Positions 6,105-15,200 of a stretch of 19,963 nt of DNA are shown in pieces. The first letter of the stretch is position 1. Each line of letters opens with the position of its first letter. This stretch comes from Pseudomonadota bacterium (GTDB taxonomy: Bacteria > Bdellovibrionota > FAC87 > UBA2466): contig JAYSWN010000181.1 in the NCBI GenBank assembly GCA_043718025.1, positions 1 through 19,963 on the forward strand, in the 5' to 3' direction. The position numbers were made by a program, and so were the translations under genes. Below the pieces are notes generated by a model. It searched no databases and had not been told where the DNA came from. It saw only the letters and a list, made by a program, of their open reading frames with translations.

Positions 6105-7733
6105 ATGTCGTTGAGCTTGCCCACAACCCCTGCCCCTAAGAACGAGCCCATACGGGAGTACCGTCCCGAATCGCCTGAACGCAAAGCCTTGGTGGCCGAG
6201 CTGAAGCGGCAAGAGGCGCTCGATCTCGACATACCCATTATCATTGACGGTAAAGAGATTCGCACCGGCCAGACCGACGTTTGCCGCGTACCCCACCGGC
6301 ACGAAAAGTTGTTGGGAAAATACCACAAAGCAGGCGCCGAAGAGGTGCGCCTGGCCATAAAGGGCTCACTCAAAGCGTGGAAAGAGTGGTCAGAGTATTC
6401 TTTCGAATCCCGGGCCGCGGTTTTTTTAAAGGCGGCCGATCTCTTAGCCGGAAAGTACCGCTACATCATTAACGCGGCCACGATGCTTGGGCAGAGTAAG
6501 ACCTGCTACCAAGCCGAAATCGATTCCGCCTGTGAACTTATCGACTTTTATCGCTTTAACACTCACTTCATGGAAAACCTCTACCGAATGCAGCCGATTT
6601 CGGGTCCGGGGCAGTGGAACCGCTCTGAGTACCGAGCGCTCGAGGGCTTTGTATTTTCGGTGACCCCTTTTAACTTCACTTCAATTGCCGGCAATCTGCC
6701 CACCACTCCGGCGCTGATGGGCAATGTTTCGCTCTGGAAACCTGCCTCCACTTCACTAGTTTCCAACTATTATCTGGTTAAACTCCTTGAAGAGGCCGGT
6801 TTACCGCCCGGGGTGATTCAATTCCTGCCGGGCAGCGGAAAGACGATTGGCGACGTGGCCCTGTACGATAAACACCTGGCCGGCGTGCATTTCACCGGTA
6901 GTACCGACGTATTCCAACAGATTTGGGGCACGGTGGGTGAAAACGTGCGTAGTTACCGCAGCTACCCGCGCCTTGTCGGCGAGACGGGGGGAAAAGACTT
7001 TGTCTTCGCTCACCCCTCGGTTGACGTAGACGTACTGCGCGTTGCCTTAGTGCGTGGGGCATACGAGTATCAAGGGCAGAAGTGCTCGGCCGCGTCACGC
7101 GCCTATATTCCCCAATCGGTATGGGCGAAACTGAAAGGGCCACTGATCGACGAGATTAAATCGCTGCGCATGGGCGATGTCTCCGATTTCAAAAATTTCA
7201 TGGGCGCCGTAATCGATAAAAACTCATTCGAAAACATTCGTTCTTACATCGAAGGGGTGAAATCGAGTCAGCAGGCCCAAGTTCTGGCCGGGGGAAAGAC
7301 CAACATGGAAGTGGGCTATTTCGTTGAACCCACTTTGATTGAAGCCAAGGACCCCAAGTACCGTACGATGTGCGAAGAGATCTTTGGCCCCGTACTCACG
7401 GTGCACGTTTACGACGATGCCAAGTGGGAAGAGATGCTGACTTTGTGTGATGAAACATCGCCCTATGCCCTCACCGGGGCGTTTCTATCGCAAGATCGAA
7501 AATCCATCGAAACCGCCTTGAAAAAGCTTCGGCACTGCGCCGGAAATTTCTATATCAACAACAAACCCACGGGAGCCGTGGTAGGTCAGCAGCCCTTTGG
7601 TGGCGGTCGGGCGTCGGGCACGAACGACAAGGCCGGTAGTCTGTTCAACCTCATGCGTTGGACGTCAGTGAGAACAATCTCCGAAACCTTCGAACCTCCG
7701 GTAAGATACAGCTATCCGTTTATGGAGGGCTAA
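6105..7733 (+). CDS. pruA: L-glutamate gamma-semialdehyde (1-pyrroline-5-carboxylate) dehydrogenase, monofunctional
   Basis: AEIDSACELIDF, PFNFTSI, HFTGST, GETGGKDF, EYQGQKCSA (catalytic Cys), EEIFGP and QQPFGGGRASGTNDKAG. GGAG ribosome-binding site. Confidence 0.96.
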   Translation: MSLSLPTTPAPKNEPIREYRPESPERKALVAELKRQEALDLDIPIIIDGKEIRTGQTDVCRVPHRHEKLLGKYHKAGAEEVRLAIKGSLKAWKEWSEYSFESRAAVFLKAADLLAGKYRYIINAATMLGQSKTCYQAEIDSACELIDFYRFNTHFMENLYRMQPISGPGQWNRSEYRALEGFVFSVTPFNFTSIAGNLPTTPALMGNVSLWKPASTSLVSNYYLVKLLEEAGLPPGVIQFLPGSGKTIGDVALYDKHLAGVHFTGSTDVFQQIWGTVGENVRSYRSYPRLVGETGGKDFVFAHPSVDVDVLRVALVRGAYEYQGQKCSAASRAYIPQSVWAKLKGPLIDEIKSLRMGDVSDFKNFMGAVIDKNSFENIRSYIEGVKSSQQAQVLAGGKTNMEVGYFVEPTLIEAKDPKYRTMCEEIFGPVLTVHVYDDAKWEEMLTLCDETSPYALTGAFLSQDRKSIETALKKLRHCAGNFYINNKPTGAVVGQQPFGGGRASGTNDKAGSLFNLMRWTSVRTISETFEPPVRYSYPFMEG

Positions 7734-7734
7734 A

Positions 7735-9483
7735 ATGGAAACAAAGCTTGCTTTGGTTCTTGCGATCGGCGCGATGCTTTCGGGGTGCACTAGCCGTTCG
7801 GTAATCACCAGCGAAGAGGCAAGTCAGCCTGTGTTAGCGTGCAAAAAGATCGAATCTTTCTTCAAGGTTGACTTGAGTCAGTACCAAGATCGAATCGATG
7901 AGAAGTCACAATCCTACCAAATCGAACAGTGGAAGATAGAAACGGCAGACCCGGAAGGCTCGCTCAAGCTCCAATCGTTTCTCTTCGAGGCGTTACAAAG
8001 AGTGATTTACGACAAGACCATACTCGAAAAAGTAAACCGCCTGAACCAACAGATCGATAAACTCAAACTGCTAGCCTGCCCCTGGGTGCCGCGCCTGAAA
8101 AGAGTGGCCGCCGTCTTAAGCGCCAACATAGTTACCGATCCCAAAGTGTCTGAGCTAGAAAAGCTCAATCAAGATTGGCAAGATCGTCTCCAAAAAGCGA
8201 GCAACGATTTTAGGGTTCAACTGCCCGACGAAACCGCGCCCGTCTCTCTCGCTCTAGTGCGTAAGAAGTTGAGCTCCACGGGCGACAAAGCTGCCCGTGA
8301 ACGACTGTTCAAAGGGTTTGGCGCCAGTCGCGCCCAAAAATGGACTGAGTTAGGGTTTAAAGATCTGGTGCGTTCGCGCAACGAAGAGGCAAAAGCGGCC
8401 GGCTATTCCGACTACTACGCCTACCGTTTTTTTCGAAACGGACTTGATCTCAATGGCTACTGGGAAAATCTGTCCGAAGTAAAAACCAAGTTAGCCCCCA
8501 AGGCTCACAAGGTACTCAAAGAGTTGGGCATGCAGCACGGCGTCTCAAAAGTCGACCCGTGGGACTTTCGGTATCTGCGCGAGCAAGCCTCTTCGGGGGT
8601 TTTAAATCCTTGGTTTTCTACTTTATCGGAAAATGGACCAATGGAGATCGCCCGCAAATTTTACGCCGAGCTTGGCTTCAATACTGAAGAATACGGTTTT
8701 AAAACCGATTTACTACCGCGCGCCGGTAAAAACACGCACGCGTTTGCGATGGCGGTGGTGTTTCCGCGTACCGATGACGATGGGCAATTGATGCGCGAGC
8801 CCGTTCCCGACATTCGTTTTCTGGCAAATCTTAAAAAGCCGGTGAAATGGGACGACGTCAGTACGGTCATTCATGAGCTCGGTCACGCCATCCACGCCGC
8901 CGAAGTGCGCCAACCGACGGCAATATTTCGCGGCTTTGATTCGGTGCCTACCGAGGCCATGGCCATGGCGTTAGAGCGCTTCGCCAACTCGCCCCAATTT
9001 CTTCAAGACACGTTAATTGAATTTTGTCGGGTGCCGTCGAGGGATTCTAGCACGGCGCTCAAGCGGCATATTCGAGCGGCCCGACTGGATCAAGCGTTTA
9101 CGCTGCTGCGTCAGCTTCTATTCACAGAATTTGAGCGAGCCATTTATCTTGACCCCAATGCCGACTACGGAAAATTGTGGGCAAAGTTATCGAAAGAATA
9201 TTGGGGCATGGATTTAAATCCCGAATTCGCCGATTGGGATATTGACCACTTTCTAATGGCACCGGTGTACGTACAGAACTACGCGCTGGGAATTTTAATG
9301 GTAGAGCAGATCTTTGAAGTCAATGAATCCGACTACTCCAGCCTTTCCCGAAAACGCCTACTGGGTGATCGCATTCGTGATCTCTGGTTCCGCCCCGGAA
9401 CCGAATATGACTATTTGGAACTCACCGAAAAGCTTAGCCGTAAAAAATTATCGGCCGCGCCGGCGCTAAAGTTACTGGATTAA
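7735..9483 (+). CDS. Lipoprotein zinc metallopeptidase, gluzincin M3/M2-like
   Basis: Lipobox LSGC after a hydrophobic leader. RNEEAKAAGYSDY, PWD, GKNTHAF, HELGH (HExxH), TEAMA (third ligand) and YVQNY. Confidence 0.85.
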   Translation: METKLALVLAIGAMLSGCTSRSVITSEEASQPVLACKKIESFFKVDLSQYQDRIDEKSQSYQIEQWKIETADPEGSLKLQSFLFEALQRVIYDKTILEKVNRLNQQIDKLKLLACPWVPRLKRVAAVLSANIVTDPKVSELEKLNQDWQDRLQKASNDFRVQLPDETAPVSLALVRKKLSSTGDKAARERLFKGFGASRAQKWTELGFKDLVRSRNEEAKAAGYSDYYAYRFFRNGLDLNGYWENLSEVKTKLAPKAHKVLKELGMQHGVSKVDPWDFRYLREQASSGVLNPWFSTLSENGPMEIARKFYAELGFNTEEYGFKTDLLPRAGKNTHAFAMAVVFPRTDDDGQLMREPVPDIRFLANLKKPVKWDDVSTVIHELGHAIHAAEVRQPTAIFRGFDSVPTEAMAMALERFANSPQFLQDTLIEFCRVPSRDSSTALKRHIRAARLDQAFTLLRQLLFTEFERAIYLDPNADYGKLWAKLSKEYWGMDLNPEFADWDIDHFLMAPVYVQNYALGILMVEQIFEVNESDYSSLSRKRLLGDRIRDLWFRPGTEYDYLELTEKLSRKKLSAAPALKLLD

Positions 9484-9487
9484 GCAT

Positions 9488-10363
9488 ATGATAGGAGAGT
9501 CACCCCTAATTGAGAATGTTTCCGACACCGCACGCTGGGTTGCTTATTACCGCGCGGTAGAAAGCGAACGGCCCGACGCCTTATTTCGTGACTGCTTTGC
9601 CCGCGAATTGGCCGGAGAAAAAGGCAAAGCCATCGCTAACGGAATGCCACTCGGGCCAAGCATCGGCCCCGCAGTCGCTATTCGCACGCTAGTAATAGAC
9701 GAGTTTTTGTACCGCTTAATCCGCGAAGGCAATGTAGACATGGTGATTAACCTCGCGTCCGGGCTAGACGCCCGTCCCTACCGCATGGAAATTCCCTCGT
9801 CGCTGATCTGGATCGAAGCCGACTTGCCTGAAATCAACGCGTACAAGACTTCCAAAATGCAATTTAAAATACCCCGCTGTGAATTAGAGCGCATTGATGC
9901 GGACCTTTCGCAGACGTGGGCGCGCAATGAGTTTTTTAACTACCTCAGACAAAAATATTCGAAGCGCAAAGCTGTGGTGATTACCGAGGGGCTCTTGATG
10001 TACCTCACCGAATTACAGGTACTGGCCCTTACCGAATCACTCAACGAGTTTGAACCCGCCCTCTTTTGGATTCAAGATTTTTTCTCCAGCCAGATGCTGA
10101 AACGGCTGAACGCGATTTGGGGCAAGGAACTAAGCCACGGCAATACGCCATTTCGTTTTGCCCCAGCCCTCGGCGCCGACTATTTTAAGCAATATGGTTG
10201 GACCCCGCTCGACGTGCGGTCCGGCATACTTGAAGGCTTTAGATTAAGACGTGCAATGAAGTGGGGCGTGGTCACAAAATTTATCTATGATCTCTGCCCA
10301 CCGAAATGGCAGCTTTCTATTCGTCGTCTCAATGGCATGGCCCTACTACGTCGAACGAAATAG
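9488..10363 (+). CDS. SAM-dependent methyltransferase, leucine-carboxyl-methyltransferase (LCM)-like family
   Basis: SDTARWVAYYRAVES...ALFRDCFA, NLASGLDARPYR, WIEADLP and ITEGLLMYL. Confidence 0.9.
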   Translation: MIGESPLIENVSDTARWVAYYRAVESERPDALFRDCFARELAGEKGKAIANGMPLGPSIGPAVAIRTLVIDEFLYRLIREGNVDMVINLASGLDARPYRMEIPSSLIWIEADLPEINAYKTSKMQFKIPRCELERIDADLSQTWARNEFFNYLRQKYSKRKAVVITEGLLMYLTELQVLALTESLNEFEPALFWIQDFFSSQMLKRLNAIWGKELSHGNTPFRFAPALGADYFKQYGWTPLDVRSGILEGFRLRRAMKWGVVTKFIYDLCPPKWQLSIRRLNGMALLRRTK

Positions 10364-10377
10364 TAACAAGTAAAAAG

Positions 10378-10409
10378 GCATCATCCCTGCGCATCATCCC
10401 TGCGCATCA
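10378..10409. repeat. 13-bp tandem repeat (2.5 copies) spanning the rpoH stop codon
   Basis: GCATCATCCCTGC GCATCATCCCTGC GCATCA, exact copies. Confidence 0.9.
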
Positions 10410-11362
10410 ATGCCTTCCATAAGCAATTTAAAGTCGGGGAAATTAGCCTTCATGTAGTCTTTTAGTTTCCCCTTTAGCTCTTCTTCAATTTGGCGGGCGC
10501 GTTCTTTAGTAACACCGTATTTGTCGCCGATCTCTTGGAGGGTCAACGGTTTTTCTGAAACCATGCGCTGATCAAAAATCACCTTCTCGCGCCCTTTCAA
10601 GGTCTTGCCAAATTCACCTAATATCTTTGAAAACAAAACCCGGTGCTCGTTCTCACCAAGCAGGTCATCGGCGGCCAGATTCGGGTGGGCTAAATTTTGA
10701 ATGTGCTCTTTTCTGTCGTCGTCCCCGGTGGGGGCATTGAGGGAATAGTCGGGCCCCGAAAGACGCTGACTCATCTCTTCCACTTCTTTTTCTTTTACGT
10801 CTAGATTATGGGCCAATAGTTTTAAGTGTTCGCCCGGCACCAGCCCCTGCTGCTCCAACTTCCTTTGTTCGCTGCGAAGGCGGTAGAAAAGCCGCTTCTG
10901 GGCCTGCGTGGTACCCAACTTTACTAGCGAATAGTTTCTTAAAATAGCATCTTGAATGTAACTGCGAATCCACCACACGGCGTAGGTGGTAAGGCGTACC
11001 TCTTTAAAAGGATCAAACTCACGCACTGCTTTCACCAGCCCCATGTTTCCTTCTTGAATCAGGTCCAAAATCTTCATGCGGTAGTTCACGTATTCGAAGG
11101 CCACCTTCACTACGAAACGCAGGTTGCTGGTCACCAATTTTTGCAGCGACTCTTTATCACCAGTTTCTTTAAAATGACGCGCTAGTGCCTGTTCCTCTTC
11201 TCTGGTGAGCAGCGGGTAGCGGTGAACCTCCTTTAGGTACTGCTGCAAAAGCGGGTCAACCACGCTGGGCGCTAGCGAAGTGCCGCGCCCCTTGGGCTTA
11301 AGCCCCATTTTTTTCCGGCCAAAAGATCGCGCCGGTTTCGCAGTTTTTTCACCGTCTGACAT
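10394..11362 (-). CDS. rpoH: RNA polymerase sigma factor, sigma-32/RpoH family
   Basis: LVTSNLRFVVKVA, DLIQEGNMGL, YAVWWIRSYI, RpoH box TTQAQKRLFYRLR and region 4 TLQEIGDKYGVTKERARQIE. Confidence 0.92.
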   Translation of the reverse strand: MSDGEKTAKPARSFGRKKMGLKPKGRGTSLAPSVVDPLLQQYLKEVHRYPLLTREEEQALARHFKETGDKESLQKLVTSNLRFVVKVAFEYVNYRMKILDLIQEGNMGLVKAVREFDPFKEVRLTTYAVWWIRSYIQDAILRNYSLVKLGTTQAQKRLFYRLRSEQRKLEQQGLVPGEHLKLLAHNLDVKEKEVEEMSQRLSGPDYSLNAPTGDDDRKEHIQNLAHPNLAADDLLGENEHRVLFSKILGEFGKTLKGREKVIFDQRMVSEKPLTLQEIGDKYGVTKERARQIEEELKGKLKDYMKANFPDFKLLMEGIDAQG

Positions 11363-11522
11363 GGCAGCCCTTTTACCCTACCGAGAGGAGGTCAGCCAAG
11401 CCTACTGACCAGGCTCGGTAAAATGCCGCTGGCCAAGACAAAAAGGTTTGTCGTTCTGGTATCATGGGGTAGTTTCACGGCCTTAAAACTAGCGTTGTGC
11501 GTCTCGAACTTGCGAACCCTTA

Positions 11523-12164
11523 ATGGATAAACTCTTCGTATATCTCACCGACCTCTCTGGATCTGTGGCTTACGCTATCATTTTCGGAATCTTGGTAGCC
11601 TGTGGCTTGGGCCTTCCCCTGCCCGAAGACATTCCCTTGGTCGCGGCCGGATATTTGGTTTGGGACGATACCCTTACTTGGTTTGGCGCACTGGCCGTCA
11701 CCTTGCTCGGCGTCCTCATCGGCGATTCGGTTCTGTTTTGGATCGGCAGTAAGTTTGGCATGCGCCTTTTGGATCCTCGCCGAAAGAAGCCTTTTTTTCC
11801 GCCCGATCGCGTGCGACGGGTAAAAGCCTACTTTCGAAAATACGGCTACAAAATCATTTTCTTTGCCCGTTTCGTGGCCGGTTTTCGTGCCGTGGCCTTC
11901 TTTATGGCCGGGGCAATGAAAATGCCCTATCGCACTTTTATTATCTACGACGGTCTGGCCGCTCTGTTGAGTGTGCCCATCTGGATTGGCTTGGGATTTG
12001 GCTTGGGCCATTACTTTGGCGACGAAATTGGCCGCATTCTATCGAGCCTGCGTCACTTCAAGACCGGGTTCAGCGTCTTACTTGGCATTGTCATCGTTGG
12101 CTTTTTAATCCACGCCTTCCGCAAGTACTTGAGCGCCAAAAGAGCGGCCGCGAAACCCGTTTAG
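11523..12164 (+). CDS. dedA: DedA-family membrane protein
   Basis: CGLGLPLPED, GVLIGDSVLFWIG, IIFFARFVAGFR and AGAMKMPYRTF. Confidence 0.92.
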   Translation: MDKLFVYLTDLSGSVAYAIIFGILVACGLGLPLPEDIPLVAAGYLVWDDTLTWFGALAVTLLGVLIGDSVLFWIGSKFGMRLLDPRRKKPFFPPDRVRRVKAYFRKYGYKIIFFARFVAGFRAVAFFMAGAMKMPYRTFIIYDGLAALLSVPIWIGLGFGLGHYFGDEIGRILSSLRHFKTGFSVLLGIVIVGFLIHAFRKYLSAKRAAAKPV

Positions 12165-12285
12165 ACATTCTAAAATTCTCATCTTATTAGTTATTTGGCC
12201 CAAATTACGCCAGCCTACCGACAAGAGTTAAGGGAAATCTCCCCGTTCCAATGACACCGCGCATTGCGATTGATATCCGAAACAG

Positions 12286-15200
12286 ATGCCGCCCAATTTA
12301 TGGTTCGCCCTGGTTCTCATGTTTGCTAATGGGGCGGCAGTTTTGGGACAGTCTCCACCAACCGATCTCCGGCGAACCCTCATTCTTGCGATTGACGGCC
12401 TGTCGTATGAGTCGTTTCAGGTGGCGCGGGAACGCGGCCTGTTTGCTCGTTTCAAAAATAGCGGAAAACACATTGCCCCCTATCCCTCGATGAGTGAACC
12501 GTCGTGGACCGAAATCTGGGGAGGAAAAACCCTATTCCCACAAAAGGGGAATATGAAAACACTTGAGGCCACTTCGTTCGATTTGGACCGCCTCGAGGTC
12601 AACCGTGACCCGAGAAACCTATTTTTGCGCTTCAGCACGCCCTACAATTTCATGCGGGCCTTTGACTCCTTTTTTAATCCTTTTCTTGAAACTTTGTTGT
12701 ATTTCCCCGGCGACTCGATGGCGGATAAAGAATTAGAAGACCTTGAAAAATCGGTTACTGATTCGTTCATTGGAAATCATCACATCGCCTACCTAAGCAG
12801 CGTCGACGCCATCGCCCACACTCAGCCCGGTAAGCTCTATCCGTTTCTAGAAAAGCTAAGCCACTTGATCGACCGCATTGCCCAAAGTTATATCTTAGAG
12901 AAAAAACCTACCGAAATTTTTTTGGTTTCAGACCACGGAAACGTTGGCGCTTTTTTGGAAGGCGAACCCAATGAACCCTATTTGACCTCGGTAACCCTTG
13001 AAAAGGTGGCGGTGGCGGCCGGACTACGCATTCGGCCCCATAACCTGGAGAATGCCAACGACATTGCGATTCCTTTAATGGCGCTCGGCAACTATGCGCC
13101 AGTCTACTTCAAAGATCTGAACCGCCGTCGCGCTTTTGCCGTCGCCGCGCTTAAAGAGCCGTTTGTCTCCATGGTCACCTACGCGGAGGGCCCAGAAAAA
13201 AACCGCTCGGTGGTGGTGCTCTCCTCCGACGGCGAAGCGCGCGTAATCGTGAGTTCGCGCCAAAACTACGTGGCTTACGTTCCGGTGACCGGCAATCCGC
13301 TTAAGTTGGATGCCCAGTTCCACTCGCCCTCTTTTAAATCAATACGCTGGATCACGAATAGCGATGCCTTGGCCGCCACGGCAGATACTTTTTATCCCGA
13401 CTCGCTCTACCGAATTGCCATGACCGCCGTGCACCAGGTGGAGAACGAGCCCGATCTCATTGTAAATTTGAGCAGGGGGTATTGTTTTGACGGCGATTTT
13501 TCTCGGTTCGTTCGCATGGTTAGAACTCACGGCGGGCTAGACGGCGCAAGCAGTTTGGGGCTCGTGGCCTCCGACTCCAGTGCCGTCCCCGCTCACGCCC
13601 GCAGCGGCCAGCTACTTTCTCTTTTTAAACTAACGCCGGAACAAGTTTTTCACCAAGTAGAGGGGCTGCAACACCATTCACCGATGGTGGCACTGCGCGC
13701 CTTAGAAAATACGACCAAACGGGGAATCGACAGCCAAATCGATGATGCTTCCAGCGAAATGGTCTTCTACCGAATCGCCAAAGGAATTTCGGCGACGATG
13801 GATGTGATCTCCGCTCGCGATCTAAAGGACGCCCTCGCCGCAATGGATTCAGGGGAAGAGGGACCCGAATCATTCGGACGGCGGGTCAAAGAACTTTCCG
13901 CGGCGTTGCAACGAATTGATTTTCCTCAAGCCCTAAAACACGTCGACCAAATTTCCGCCCTTAGGGAACCACTGCTCAACGAAAAAGAGGCCAAGGGGTT
14001 TGTAAATACGTTGCGCGACGGCCTGGCGAAGATTCCCGGTTTTGCGGCGGTTACCGATATAAATCTTGAAACGGGCACTGCTGACTCAAAGCCCAATGCG
14101 CAAGCGGCCGACGCTTTAAGACGAGTGGTAATGAAGGCGTATTCGGCCCCCTTTTTGTTGAATGAATGGCTCGATCTTCCCGAATCCCGTTTTGTCGGCG
14201 ATCCCAGAGACCTCATCTTTGCAACGAATTGGGCCACGTCGCTTCGCCATGAGATACACAGCCATCCCGGTCAGCTCTTGAAGGACAAACCGCTAGGAAG
14301 CACGCTATTTAGAGAAATTTTTAAAGAACGATCGATGTTTCACAAGCTGTGGCCCGCCCCGACTCCGCTTTTTTACAATCCCGTTACCCAGTCGACCACG
14401 GTGGTATTTATTCCGGGAACTTATAACGAACTTTTTGACCAAGAAATTTTTGCCCGCGGATTACGATCGTTAAGGGAAACACTGGGCGCCCGGGCTATTT
14501 ACGCCGACGTGGATGGACGCTGTAGCACCGAAATTAACGCCAAAGCCCTTCTTACTTTTTTGAAACAAGACTCACAGCAAAGAATCGCCCGCGGTTACGC
14601 CCTCCCCCGCTATCTCATTGTCGGCTACTCAAAAGGGGCAGTCGACGCCACCGAGCTTTTGCTTTTAGAAAAGGCGTTCACCCGATCGCAAATTTTAGGT
14701 TTAGTTTCCATTGCATCGCCCCACCTTGGAACCTCAATTCTTGAAAAATTTGATCTCCCCACAAAACTTGTTTCCGACTTTGTCATCCGCCCCTTGCCGC
14801 GTGAATGCGAGACCCAAACCGCGGCAAAGTCGCTTTTGCCCAATGCACGGGCGGCCTTCTGGACTAAAAATATGAATGCCCTGATTGGGTTGACCCGTTA
14901 TTTTTCTATCACCCTTGAATCCAATGTGGAGAACGCCCATCCTTGGATGAAAGTTTCAAAAGCGATGGCGCGATTTGGCACCCCCAACGACGGAATCGTG
15001 CCGGCGTTAAGTTCAAAATTTCCTGAGCCCTTGCTCGCGTTAGATCTCGGCACTTTCACCGGCGACCATTTGGCCGGAATTGCCGCTTCAAATTTTCCTC
15101 AGGCCGCGCTCTTAGATTCAATTGTTTTAACCCTCTGGGAAACAAATGCGCTGGCTCCGCAAAATCTAGCTAGGTGGCATGAGGCGGTGGCTAAGGAAAG

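Noticed and set aside
11363..11522. CIRCE/HrcA operator or sigma-54 promoter upstream of rpoH
   Set aside because: No TTAGCACTC-N9-GAGTGCTAA or convincing -24/-12 element. Only a possible extended -10 (TGGTATCAT) toward dedA.
11520..12011. 163-aa minus-strand ORF opposite dedA
   Set aside because: Antisense shadow with no independent motif or start signal.
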